From contig NC_008578.1 of assembly GCF_000015025.1 (NCBI RefSeq), positions 810,001 through 842,000 on the forward strand: 32,000 bases of DNA. Direction: 5' to 3'. Every line of letters starts with the position of its first letter. Within the stretch, counting starts at the first letter, position 1. The translations under genes were made by a program, and so were the position numbers. Shown here one piece after another: positions 19,563 to 28,776 of this stretch. Below the pieces are notes generated by a model, which did not search any database, was not told the origin of the DNA, and saw only the letters and a list, made by a program, of their open reading frames with translations. Source of the DNA: Acidothermus cellulolyticus 11B. GTDB lineage: Bacteria; Actinomycetota; Actinomycetes; Acidothermales; Acidothermaceae.

Positions 19563-21527
19563 ATGCCGGTGACCGAGCAGGTTCCGCCGTCTGTTTTTCC
19601 CCGCCTGGAGCCGCTGCTTCTCTCCGTCACGAAGCCCGTGCAGTACATCGGCGGGGAACTGAACAGCCTTGCCAAGGACTGGGCCGCGTGCGACGTGCGA
19701 TGGTGCCTCGTTTATCCCGATGCGTACGAGGTCGGCTTGCCCAATCAGGGCATCCAGATTCTCTACGAGATCCTTGGGGAGATGGACGGCGTCCTCGTGG
19801 AGCGGAGCTACGCCGTCTGGCCGGACCTCGAACGCCTGATGCGCCGTCACGGCATCCCCCAATTCAGCTGGGAGACCCATCGCCCGCTCGCCGCCTTCGA
19901 CCTCATCGGCGTCACGTTTCCGACCGAGCTCGGCTACACCAACCTGCTCAACATCCTCGATCTCGCCGGCATCCCGATCCGGTCGACCGACCGGACCGAC
20001 GATCATCCAATCGTGATCGCCGGGGGTCACGCCGCGTTCAATCCCGAGCCAATCGCCGATTTCATCGACGCGGCGGTGCTTGGCGATGGGGAAGAGGTGG
20101 TCGCCCAGATCACGTCGATGGTTCGGCAATGGAAGGCCGACGGCCGCCCGGGCGGCCGCACCGAATTGCTGGCCCGGATGGCGGCGACCGGTGGCATCTA
20201 CGTGCCACAGTTCTACGACGTCCATTACCACCCGGATGGGCGGCTCGCGGCCGTCGTCCCCAACCGGCCCGGTGTCCCGGCCCGGGTCCGCAAGCACACC
20301 CTGATGAACCTTGACGAGTGGCCCTACCCGAAGCGTCCGCTCGTCCCGCTGGCGGAGACGGTCCATGAGCGGTACAGCGTGGAGATTTTCCGGGGCTGCA
20401 CCCGCGGATGCCGGTTCTGCCAGGCTGGGATGATCACTCGGCCGGTCCGGGAACGCTCGATCGACACGATCGGCGCCATGGTCGACGCCGGCCTGCGGGC
20501 GACCGGGTTCTCCGAAGTCGGGCTTCTCTCGCTGAGCAGCGCGGATCACTCGGAGATCGGCCCGATGGCCAAGCAGCTTGCCGACCGGTACGAGGGAACG
20601 AACATCTCGCTCTCGCTGCCGTCGACGCGGGTTGATGCGTTCAACGTCGATCTGGCCAACGAGTTCTCCCGCAACGGACGCCGGTCCGGGCTCACCTTCG
20701 CCCCCGAGGGCGGCACCGAGCGGATGCGCCGCGTGATCAACAAAATGGTCACGGAGGAGGATTTGATCCGCACGGTCACGACGGCGTACCGGCATGGGTG
20801 GCGCCGCGTGAAGCTCTATTTCATGTGCGGGCTCCCCACCGAGACCGATGAGGACGTCCTCGCCATCGCGGACCTCGCCCGCAAGGTGATCGACGCAGGA
20901 CGGCAAGCCACCGGGAGCCGGGACATCGGCTGCACGGTCTCGATTGGTGCATTCGTTCCGAAGCCGCACACGCCGTTCCAGTGGGCGGCCCAGCTCGATC
21001 ACGAGACGGTTGATGCCCGGCTGGCGAAGCTTCGGGACAGAATTCGCTCCGACCGGGAGTACGGCCGGGCGATCGGATTCCGTTACCACGACGGCAAACC
21101 GAGCATCGTCGAAGGGTTGCTCTCCCGCGGGGACCGCCGCGTCGGCCGCGTGATTGAGCAGGTGTGGCGGGACGGCGGCCGGTTCGACGGCTGGAGTGAG
21201 CATTTCTCGTTCGACCGGTGGATGCAGGCCGCCGAACGGGCTCTCGCCGGCGAGCCGGTGGACGTCGACTGGTACACGACGCGGGAGCGGACCCGCGACG
21301 AAGTGCTGCCGTGGGATCACCTCGACTCGGGGCTGGACAAGGACTGGCTCTGGCAGGACTGGCAGGACGCCCTTGCCGGCATCGAAGTCGACGATTGCCG
21401 TTGGTCGCCGTGCTTTGACTGCGGGGTCTGCGACACGATGGGGACCGACATCCAGATCGGACCCACCGGACGCACCCTGATTCCCCTGACGGACGGCCGG
21501 CTGCCCATTGGCCGTCCGGCGGCGTGA
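19563..21527 (+). CDS. Radical SAM protein with N-terminal B12-binding-like domain (TIGR03960-like, function unknown)
   Basis: CX3CX2C cluster motif CTRGCRFCQAG and N-terminal ..KPVQYIGGELN... ATG 19563 lies 10 nt after GGAGGG (19547-19552); the alternative is ATG 19545. The family assignment comes from remembered sequence character and from pairing with the next gene. Confidence 0.88.
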   Translation: MPVTEQVPPSVFPRLEPLLLSVTKPVQYIGGELNSLAKDWAACDVRWCLVYPDAYEVGLPNQGIQILYEILGEMDGVLVERSYAVWPDLERLMRRHGIPQFSWETHRPLAAFDLIGVTFPTELGYTNLLNILDLAGIPIRSTDRTDDHPIVIAGGHAAFNPEPIADFIDAAVLGDGEEVVAQITSMVRQWKADGRPGGRTELLARMAATGGIYVPQFYDVHYHPDGRLAAVVPNRPGVPARVRKHTLMNLDEWPYPKRPLVPLAETVHERYSVEIFRGCTRGCRFCQAGMITRPVRERSIDTIGAMVDAGLRATGFSEVGLLSLSSADHSEIGPMAKQLADRYEGTNISLSLPSTRVDAFNVDLANEFSRNGRRSGLTFAPEGGTERMRRVINKMVTEEDLIRTVTTAYRHGWRRVKLYFMCGLPTETDEDVLAIADLARKVIDAGRQATGSRDIGCTVSIGAFVPKPHTPFQWAAQLDHETVDARLAKLRDRIRSDREYGRAIGFRYHDGKPSIVEGLLSRGDRRVGRVIEQVWRDGGRFDGWSEHFSFDRWMQAAERALAGEPVDVDWYTTRERTRDEVLPWDHLDSGLDKDWLWQDWQDALAGIEVDDCRWSPCFDCGVCDTMGTDIQIGPTGRTLIPLTDGRLPIGRPAA

Positions 21528-22342
21528 CGTCGCCGATGACGGACCGATCGCATGCCGGCGGGGAGGCCGCGCCGGTCGTCCAGCGGTTGCGGGTTCGGTG
21601 GGCGAAGCGTGGCCGGCTCCGGTTCACCAGCCACCGGGACTTCCAGCGGGCGTTGGAGCGGGCGGTCCGTCGCGCCGGGCTGCCGATTGCGTACAGCGCC
21701 GGGTTCACTCCGCATCCACGGATCTCGTACGTCGGCGCCGCTCCGACTGGGGCGGCCAGTGAGGCCGAGTACGTCGAACTCGCGCTCACCGCGGCCGTCG
21801 ATCCGTCAGCCGCGGCTCAGGCTCTCGACGCCGCCCTGCCGGCGGGCTTCGACGTCCTGGACGTCGTCGAGGCCCGAGGCGGCACGCTTGCGGACCGGAT
21901 CGACGCCTCGCGCTGGGAGATCCGACTGCCCGGTGCTGACCATGCCGCCGTGGCCGCGGCGGTGCGGGCCTTCCTTGACGCCGTCGAGGTTCCGGTGGAG
22001 CGGGTGACGAAAGACGGGCGTCGCGTCATGGACGTTCGGGCGGCGGTGGCGCGACTCGCCGTGACCGCAAGCGCCGGGGATCATGACGAATGTGTCATAC
22101 TCGACGTGGTCGTGCGGCACCTGACACCGTCCGTTCGACCCGACGACGTTGTGGCTGGGCTCCGGCAGGTCGCTGACCTGGCGCTTCCAACGCCGCCCCT
22201 GGCGACGCGGTTGGCGCAGGGTCACCTCGAGGAGAACGGCCGGCTAGCTGATCCGCTTGCGCCCGACAGGGAGCACATTGCCGATGAGACGAGGCGCATT
22301 ACCGCACCGGATGGTTCGGTATCGCGGACTGTCTCGACCTGA
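21524..22342 (+). CDS. Radical SAM-linked protein, DUF2344 / TIGR03936-like
   Basis: GTGA overlap with the upstream radical SAM stop (21524-27). ..RLRVRWAKRGRLRFTSHRDFQRALERAVRRAGLPIAYSAGFTPHPRISY.. matches my memory of the DUF2344 N-terminal signature. The alternative start is ATG 21536. Confidence 0.8.
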   Translation: MTSPMTDRSHAGGEAAPVVQRLRVRWAKRGRLRFTSHRDFQRALERAVRRAGLPIAYSAGFTPHPRISYVGAAPTGAASEAEYVELALTAAVDPSAAAQALDAALPAGFDVLDVVEARGGTLADRIDASRWEIRLPGADHAAVAAAVRAFLDAVEVPVERVTKDGRRVMDVRAAVARLAVTASAGDHDECVILDVVVRHLTPSVRPDDVVAGLRQVADLALPTPPLATRLAQGHLEENGRLADPLAPDREHIADETRRITAPDGSVSRTVST

Positions 22343-22434
22343 CGTATCGGCTGGCTTCGTCGCCGACCTGCGCTGTTCGTGCATGCGCACTGCAATGACC
22401 GCACTGGACTGCTGCTTCCGCGCGGCGCCGCATC

Positions 22435-24579
22435 GTGGTGCCCGGAAGCCCGAGGAAAGATTCCGTATCCATGCCCGAGAACGAGCCGAACGAGAGCGTC
22501 GCGAAGACCGACGCTCCTCGGCGCATCCGACGTTCACGACGGACCGCGGGCAGCGACACAGCTGCCGTCGAGAGCACCTCCGCATCGCCGTCGCGAGCAC
22601 CTGATGCCGCCACACTGAACGACGCAACACCCGCCGGCGAATCCGGCACCGGTGCGCCGGTCGCCGAACTGCCGCCGGTCAAACGGCCGGCCGTGCCCCC
22701 GCCCATGGTGGTCTTCCAGCCGCCTCCGCCGGTGGTGTTCCAAGCCCCCGAGCCTGCTGCGGTGACGTCCCGTCGACGCCGGGCGCGGCGGGTGCCGGAG
22801 GAACCGTCCGCGGCACTCTCCAGCACGGACGGCGCTGCTGGCGAACCGGAGATCCGCTCGGCGGATCTGGACGACGGCAGCGCACCGTCCGAGCCGGCCG
22901 AGCAAGTATCCGCCGCAACGACCGAGGGAATCACCGCACGGCGCCGTCGGCGTCGTCGTCGGCGGACGACCGGAACGGCCGAGGACGACCGCGTACTCGA
23001 CGCGGTCGAGGCTCCGGAGACCGACACAGGGTCGGCCGGCGCAGACGACCTCGATGCTGCGATGGCCCTGCTCACCGGTTCGACGCGGATCGAGGCGAAG
23101 AAGCAACGCCGCCGGGAAGGGCGGGAACTGCTCCGGCGCAACCGCCGCGGGATGATTCTCACCGAAGCGGAATTCCTCGCCCGCCGGGAATCGGTCGAGC
23201 GGGTGATGGTGGTCCGGCAGCGGGGTGACCTCACGCAGATCGGCGTGCTCGAGGACGGCATTCTCGTCGAGCATTACGTCAGTACGACGTCGGCGAACCG
23301 CATCGTCGGCAACGTCTACCTCGGACGGGTGCAGAACGTGCTCCCGGGAATGGAGGCGGCGTTCGTCGACATCGGCAAGGGACGCAACGCCGTGCTGTAC
23401 GCCGGGGAGGTGAATTTCGACCTCACCGGTCTCGAGGGTCAGCCGCAGCGGATCGAAGCGGCGCTCAAACCGGGTCAGACCGTCGTCGTCCAGGTCACCA
23501 AGGATCCGATCGGACACAAGGGGGCGCGGCTGACCAGCCAAATCAGCCTGCCGGGACGTTTCCTCGTCTTCGTGCCCGAAGGTTCCATGATGGGCATCAG
23601 CCGAAAATTGCCCGACACCGAACGCAACCGGCTGAAGGCCATTCTTCGCAAAATCATGCCGGAAGGCGCGGGTGTCATCGTGCGGACCGCGGCCGAGGGG
23701 GCGTCGGAAGAAGAATTAGCCCGCGACATCGCGCGTTTGATGGCGCAGTGGGAGGACATTCAGAAGAAGGCCGAGAGCGGCACGGCGCCCGCGCTGCTCT
23801 ATGCCGAACCGGATCTGACGATTCGCGTGGTGCGCGACATATTCAATGAAGACTTTGCGCAGCTGGTCGTGCAAGGCGACAGCGAATGGGACATGGTCGA
23901 GGCGTACGTCGCGCACGTCGCCCCGGACCTTCTGCCCCGCATTTCCCATTGGACGTCCGATGAAGACGTCTTCGCCCACTACCGCATTGACGAACAACTC
24001 GCCAAGGCGCTGGACCGCCGGGTGTGGTTACCGAGTGGCGGATATCTCATCATCGACCGTACCGAGGCGATGGTCGTCATCGACGTCAACACCGGGCGAT
24101 TCGTCGGCAAGGGCGGCAATCTCGAAGAGACGGTCACCAAGACGAATCTCGAAGCCGCGGAAGAAATCGTGCGGCAATTGCGGCTCCGCGACATCGGCGG
24201 CATCATCGTCATCGATTTCATCGACATGCTGCTGGAAAGCAACCGGGAACTGGTGCTCCGCCGGCTCGTCGAATGCCTCGGCCGGGACCGCACCAAGCAT
24301 CAAGTGGCTGAAGTCACCTCGCTTGGTCTCGTGCAGATGACCCGCAAGCGGGTGGGCAGCGGCCTTCTCGAGGCCTTTTCCGAGCCGTGCGAGGTGTGCG
24401 GCGGCCGCGGCGTGATCATTCACACGGATCCGGTCACGGCGCAGCGTCGGGCGCATCGCGGACGGGCTCGTACCCGCCAAGAAGCGGAGCCGTCGGCGGA
24501 ACCGGTGGCCGAACCAGCCGCGGTCGGTGCCGCGGGTGCCGAGCGGCGGGGACGTCGGAGCGCCCGGGCCGCTTCGTGA
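22435..24579 (+). CDS. rne: Ribonuclease E/G family endoribonuclease (actinobacterial RNase E type)
   Basis: S1 domain (IVGNVYLGRVQNVLPGMEAAFVDIGKGRNAVLY), VIDVNTGRFVG, GGIIVIDFIDM and Zn-link CEVCGGRG. The Arg/Pro/Ala-rich disordered N-terminal region is about 240 aa. Start is GTG 22435 or ATG 22471. Confidence 0.9.
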   Translation: MVPGSPRKDSVSMPENEPNESVAKTDAPRRIRRSRRTAGSDTAAVESTSASPSRAPDAATLNDATPAGESGTGAPVAELPPVKRPAVPPPMVVFQPPPPVVFQAPEPAAVTSRRRRARRVPEEPSAALSSTDGAAGEPEIRSADLDDGSAPSEPAEQVSAATTEGITARRRRRRRRRTTGTAEDDRVLDAVEAPETDTGSAGADDLDAAMALLTGSTRIEAKKQRRREGRELLRRNRRGMILTEAEFLARRESVERVMVVRQRGDLTQIGVLEDGILVEHYVSTTSANRIVGNVYLGRVQNVLPGMEAAFVDIGKGRNAVLYAGEVNFDLTGLEGQPQRIEAALKPGQTVVVQVTKDPIGHKGARLTSQISLPGRFLVFVPEGSMMGISRKLPDTERNRLKAILRKIMPEGAGVIVRTAAEGASEEELARDIARLMAQWEDIQKKAESGTAPALLYAEPDLTIRVVRDIFNEDFAQLVVQGDSEWDMVEAYVAHVAPDLLPRISHWTSDEDVFAHYRIDEQLAKALDRRVWLPSGGYLIIDRTEAMVVIDVNTGRFVGKGGNLEETVTKTNLEAAEEIVRQLRLRDIGGIIVIDFIDMLLESNRELVLRRLVECLGRDRTKHQVAEVTSLGLVQMTRKRVGSGLLEAFSEPCEVCGGRGVIIHTDPVTAQRRAHRGRARTRQEAEPSAEPVAEPAAVGAAGAERRGRRSARAAS

Positions 24580-24683
24580 CCGCGGCGGCCGTGGTAATCT
24601 AGCGGCCCGAGCGACCTGGCTCGTGGTTCGCATGTGCTCGACCAGCCGGCTCTAGTGACCGGAAAGACCCGACGGGAGTTGCG

Positions 24684-25094
24684 GTGTACGCGATCGTGCG
24701 TGGCGGCGGCAGGCAGCATCGAGTCGCCGTCGGTGACGTCATTGAGATCAATGCTGCAGCCAAAGGCGCGACCGCGACGGTCGGGGCCACGGTGGAGCTG
24801 CCCGCCGTGCTCGTCGTCGACGGCCCGTCGGTCACCACAGGCGCGACAGCCCTGGCGGACATCACCGTCACCGGCGAAGTCGTCGGCCATGCGAAGGGGC
24901 CGAAGATTCGCATTCTCAAGTACAAGAACAAGACCGGCTACCGCAGGCGCGTGGGACATCGGCAACCCCTTGCTCTTGTCAAGGTGACGCACATTGGTCC
25001 GCGAGCCGCGGCGGACCGGAAGACAGCGCCGAAGCGGGCGTCGGCGAAAGCGGCCGCGGATCAGACGACGGCGGCGCAGGCGACAGCGGAGTAG
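24684..25094 (+). CDS. rplU: 50S ribosomal protein L21 (with Ala/Lys-rich C-terminal extension)
   Basis: [14 protein letters not shown].., ..[21 protein letters not shown]... GTG 24684 lies 5 nt after GGGAG. Confidence 0.93.
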   Translation: MYAIVRGGGRQHRVAVGDVIEINAAAKGATATVGATVELPAVLVVDGPSVTTGATALADITVTGEVVGHAKGPKIRILKYKNKTGYRRRVGHRQPLALVKVTHIGPRAAADRKTAPKRASAKAAADQTTAAQATAE

Positions 25095-25099
25095 GGACG

Positions 25100-25393
25100 A
25101 TGGCTCACAAGAAGGGTGCGTCGTCGAGCCGTAACGGACGTGACTCCACGTCGAAGCGGCTCGGGGTCAAGCGATTCGGCGGGCAGTTCGTGCACGCGGG
25201 CGAGATTCTCGTCCGCCAGCGTGGCACGCGCTTCCACCCGGGGAGCGGGGTCGGCCGTGGCGGCGATGACACGCTGTTCGCCCTGGTCAGCGGCGCGGTG
25301 ACGTTCGGTACTGCCCGGGGCCGTCGGGTGGTGAGCGTCGTCCCGGCGCAACCGGCCGCGACACCGGCGCAACCGGCTGCGACAGGGAGCTGA
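25100..25393 (+). CDS. rpmA: 50S ribosomal protein L27
   Basis: [43 protein letters not shown]... It starts 5 nt after the rplU stop. Confidence 0.95.
   Translation: MAHKKGASSSRNGRDSTSKRLGVKRFGGQFVHAGEILVRQRGTRFHPGSGVGRGGDDTLFALVSGAVTFGTARGRRVVSVVPAQPAATPAQPAATGS
25343..25384. repeat. 21-bp tandem duplication at the 3' end of rpmA
   Basis: ccggcgcaaccggccgcgaca (25343-25363) and ccggcgcaaccggctgcgaca (25364-25384), one mismatch. It encodes PAQPAAT twice. Confidence 0.85.
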
Positions 25394-25402
25394 CGCTCGG
25401 CA

Positions 25403-25423
25403 CCCTCCGGCGGAAGCGGAGGG
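25403..25423 (+). other. GC-rich hairpin between rpmA and obg (CCCTCCG-gcggaag-CGGAGGG)
   Basis: A perfect 7-bp stem with a 7-nt loop lies 10 nt after the rpmA stop. No T-tract follows, so it may be a processing or attenuation stem rather than a terminator. Confidence 0.3.
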
Positions 25424-25516
25424 GCTGGAGCCGCCCCGGCATCATCACGGTCGGTCGATCGCACCGCATGATGACCGCTGATCGATGCGTTGTGAACGAA
25501 CGTGGGAGGAGCTGGC

Positions 25517-26947
25517 GTGACCACGTTCGTGGATCGAGTCGTCGTCCACGTCCGGGGCGGAGACGGCGGCAATGGCTGCGCGTCCATCCGGCGGGAGAAA
25601 TTCAAGCCACTCGGTGGGCCGGATGGCGGTAACGGCGGCCGAGGCGGCGACGTCGTCTTCGTCGTCGATCCCGGGACCACAACCTTGCTCGATCTCCACC
25701 GTCGCCCACACCGTCGAGCCGCGCCCGGCAGCCCAGGTCAGGGCAACAACAAGCACGGCGCTGACGGCGCCGATCTGCTCATCCCTGTGCCGGACGGCAC
25801 GGTGGTGAAGGACCTGGACGGCCAGGTCCTGGCGGACCTGGTCGGCGCCGGCACCCGTTACGTGGCGGCCCGCGGCGGCCGGGGCGGTCTGGGTAACGCC
25901 GCGCTGGCGTCAGCCCGCCGCAAGGCGCCCGGGTTCGCGCTTCGTGGCGAACCGGGGGAGGAACGCGACGTCGTCGTCGAAGTGAAGAGCGTCGCCGACA
26001 TTGCGCTCGTCGGTTATCCGAACGCCGGCAAGTCCTCGCTCATCGCCGCGATCTCAGCCGCCCGACCAAAGATCGCCGACTATCCGTTCACCACATTGGC
26101 GCCGAATCTCGGTGTGGTCGAGGCCGGTGAGATACGGTTCACGGTCGCCGATGTTCCCGGGCTGGTTCGCGGCGCAAGCCAGGGGCGCGGCCTCGGGCTG
26201 GAGTTCCTCCGGCACATCGAACGGTGCGCGGCCGTCGTCCACGTGGTGGATTGCGCCGCAGCCGAGCCGGATCGCAGTCCGCTCGCCGACCTCGCTGCGA
26301 TCCGGGCCGAGCTCGCCGCCTACGCCTCCCTCGACCTCGGCGGACCTCCGCTGCACGAGCGGCCGCAGCTGGTCGTCCTCAACAAGATCGATATTCCGGA
26401 GGCACGGGCCCGGGCCGAAGCCGCCGCCCGGCAGATCGCCGACGCGCCCGTCTTCCTGGTCTCCGCTGTGACCCGGGAGGGGCTGCGGGAGCTGGTCTTC
26501 GCGATGGCGGGGCTTGTGGAGACGGCGCGGGCGAACCGACCGGCTCCGGAACCGCCGCGCATCGTATTGCGGCCCCCTGCGATCGCCGAGCCCGAGTTCA
26601 CTGTCCGCCGTCGGGGATCGGCGTTCATCGTCGACGGGGAGAAACCCCGGCGCTGGGTGGCGCAGACCGATTTCAGCAACGACGAAGCGGTCGGCTACCT
26701 GGCCGACCGGTTGGCTCGGCTCGGGGTCGAAGACGAGCTTGCCCGGTTGGGGGCGCGTCCGGGTGACGAGGTGATCATAGGGGGTGTGAGTTTCGACTAC
26801 GAGCCGGGCATTCGTGCCGGCGTGGGACACCCGTTCGGGCCGCGTGGCACTGATCCGCGGCTTCACGCCGCCGCTCCGCCCGCAACGGCGCACTGGGCCG
26901 GTGATGGGGACGACGATTCGGCGGCCCGTGACGAGGAGGACGGGTGA
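25517..26947 (+). CDS. obg: GTPase Obg/CgtA
   Basis: Gly-rich Obg fold ([21 protein letters not shown]), G1 [10 protein letters not shown]3 DVPGL, G4 NKID. GTG 25517 lies 6 nt after GGAGGA (25505-25510). The ORF-track start at 25502 overlaps the SD. Confidence 0.95.
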
Positions 26948-28125
26948 GCGGCACCCGACCCGAAGTGACGGCGGCGCAGACCATCGTCGTCAAGATCGGC
27001 TCTTCGTCGGTCACCTCGTACCCTGCGGCGAGGGCCGGTTCCGCGGCGGCGGATGACCAACCGGGCGGCTCGGCCAGCGGCCTGCGGGAAGAAAACATCG
27101 CGGCGCTGGCGGCCGCGGTGGCCGAGCGAGTCAGCCGCGGCGCCCACTGCGTGATCGTCTCGTCGGGCGCGATTGCCGCCGGGCTTGGTCCACTCGGCCT
27201 GGTCAGCCGACCCCGGGATCTGGCGACCCAGCAGGCGGCGGCGAGTGTCGGCCAGAGCCTCCTGGTACGGGCGTACGCCCGGGCGTTCGCCGTCCACCGC
27301 ATCACGGTCGGGCAGATCCTGCTGACCTCCGACGACATGATCCGTCGTGCTCACTACCGGAACGCCGAACGGACCCTGCGGCGACTCTTCGAACTCGGCG
27401 TCGTTCCGATCGTCAACGAGAACGACACCGTCGTCACCGATGAAATCCGGTTCGGTGACAACGACCGGTTGGCCGCTCTGGTCGCCCATCTGATCCGCGC
27501 CGATCTCCTCGTGCTGCTCTCCGACGTGGACGCGCTGTACACGGCGCCGCCGAATCGTCCGGGGGCGCGGCGGATTGAGGTCGTCAGCAGCGAGCGGGAT
27601 CTCGACGCCATCGACCTCGGCGGCGTCGGAACAGCGGTCGGCACCGGCGGCATGATCACGAAGATCGAAGCGGCTCGGTTGGCGACCTCGGCAGGCATCC
27701 CGGTGGTGCTTACCGCCGCTACCGCAGTTGCTGCCGCGCTTCGCGGGGACGACGTCGGCACGTTCTTCCGGCCGACCGGTCGCCGGATGTCATCCCGGCT
27801 GCTCTGGCTGGCCCACGCCACGGCGCCCCGCGGACGGCTGGTGTTGGACGCCGGCGCGGTGGCGGCCGTGGTTGACCGGCGATTGTCGCTCCTGCCGGCC
27901 GGCGTGGTCGGCGTCCACGGTGACTTCAACGCCGGGGACCCGGTGGATTTGGTCGACGAGCACGGACGACGGGTGGCCCGCGGCCTGGTCAACTACGACG
28001 CCGCCGATCTGCCGAATCTGATCGGCCGGTCGACCTGGGAGCTGGCGCAGCAATTCGGCCCGGATTATCAGCGTGAGGTCGTCCACCGCGATGACCTTGT
28101 CGTGCTGGTCCGCCGCTCCCGCTGA
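26944..28125 (+). CDS. proB: Glutamate 5-kinase (with C-terminal PUA domain)
   Basis: GTGA overlap with the obg stop. Motifs [23 protein letters not shown] and GDNDRLAA, plus a PUA-like C-terminus ([22 protein letters not shown]). Confidence 0.93.
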
Positions 28126-28209
28126 GCCGACTGGAGTCACACCACGGCGACGGCCGACGTGCCGCGATCCCGTTCCCGCGGAGCCAGTCGGAGTGACGCG
28201 GGCTGCCTG

Positions 28210-28233
28210 CCGCAGAGATCGTTTGCGGTTTTT
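28210..28233 (+). terminator. Candidate intrinsic terminator downstream of proB
   Basis: CCGCAGA (28210-16), loop gatcg, TTTGCGG (28222-28): a 7-bp stem including one G-U pair, followed by TTTTT (28229-33). A T5 run is conspicuous in this GC-rich DNA. Confidence 0.45.
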
Positions 28234-28337
28234 CCGGCAAAGTCCTGCGGACGCTGCCGATTTTGGCGACGATCGGATCCGGACGATCCGGCTCGTCCTC
28301 GGGGGCTCGCGGTCCGGGCGGCAGGATGAGGTGGCGT

Positions 28338-28730
28338 GTGACCCAGCAGAGCGGGCTCCCGTTGTGGCGTCGTTCGTCGGAGCCGGATACCCGACTGTGG
28401 CACGTCACCCTCACCGTCGGCGGGATGCCGATGGAACCGCTTCTCGTTCGCAGCGCACTGGAACGGCTCTCGGCCGAACAGCCGTTCCTGCTCTCCGGCC
28501 GGTACGCCGCCGATCGGGCCGAGCTTCAGTACTGGGAGGAGGCCGCCGACTGCGCGGACGCCGCGGTACTCGCCCTGCGGCTCTGGGCTGAGCATCGTGC
28601 GAGCGCTGGCCTGCCGCCGTGGCAGGTGCTCGGCATCGAAATCGTCGACCGCGCGGTGTTTCTTCGCCGGCGCCGGGATCACCGGACCCGTCCGGTGATC
28701 CCGGGCGGCGCCTGGCGGCCGTTCACCTGA
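28338..28730 (+). CDS. Hypothetical small protein (~130 aa) between proB and proA
   Basis: In this frame the third codon position is predominantly G/C, and composition looks protein-like (..[90 protein letters not shown]..). GTG 28338 lies 6 nt after GAGG. Alternative starts are ATG 28326 and TTG 28263. I recognise no family. Confidence 0.5.
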   Translation: MTQQSGLPLWRRSSEPDTRLWHVTLTVGGMPMEPLLVRSALERLSAEQPFLLSGRYAADRAELQYWEEAADCADAAVLALRLWAEHRASAGLPPWQVLGIEIVDRAVFLRRRRDHRTRPVIPGGAWRPFT

Positions 28731-28776
28731 CCCGACGATTGCCCGCCCGCGCGGCCGGAGCACGTATCCTGACGGC

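Noticed and set aside
19530-21320. 596-aa minus-strand ORF
   Set aside because: It is antisense to the radical SAM gene, whose CX3CX2C motif and coupling to DUF2344 support the + frame.
24580-24683. Possible structured ribosomal-protein leader upstream of rplU
   Set aside because: I found only a short imperfect stem (ccgagc..gctcg) and recognised no known leader motif.
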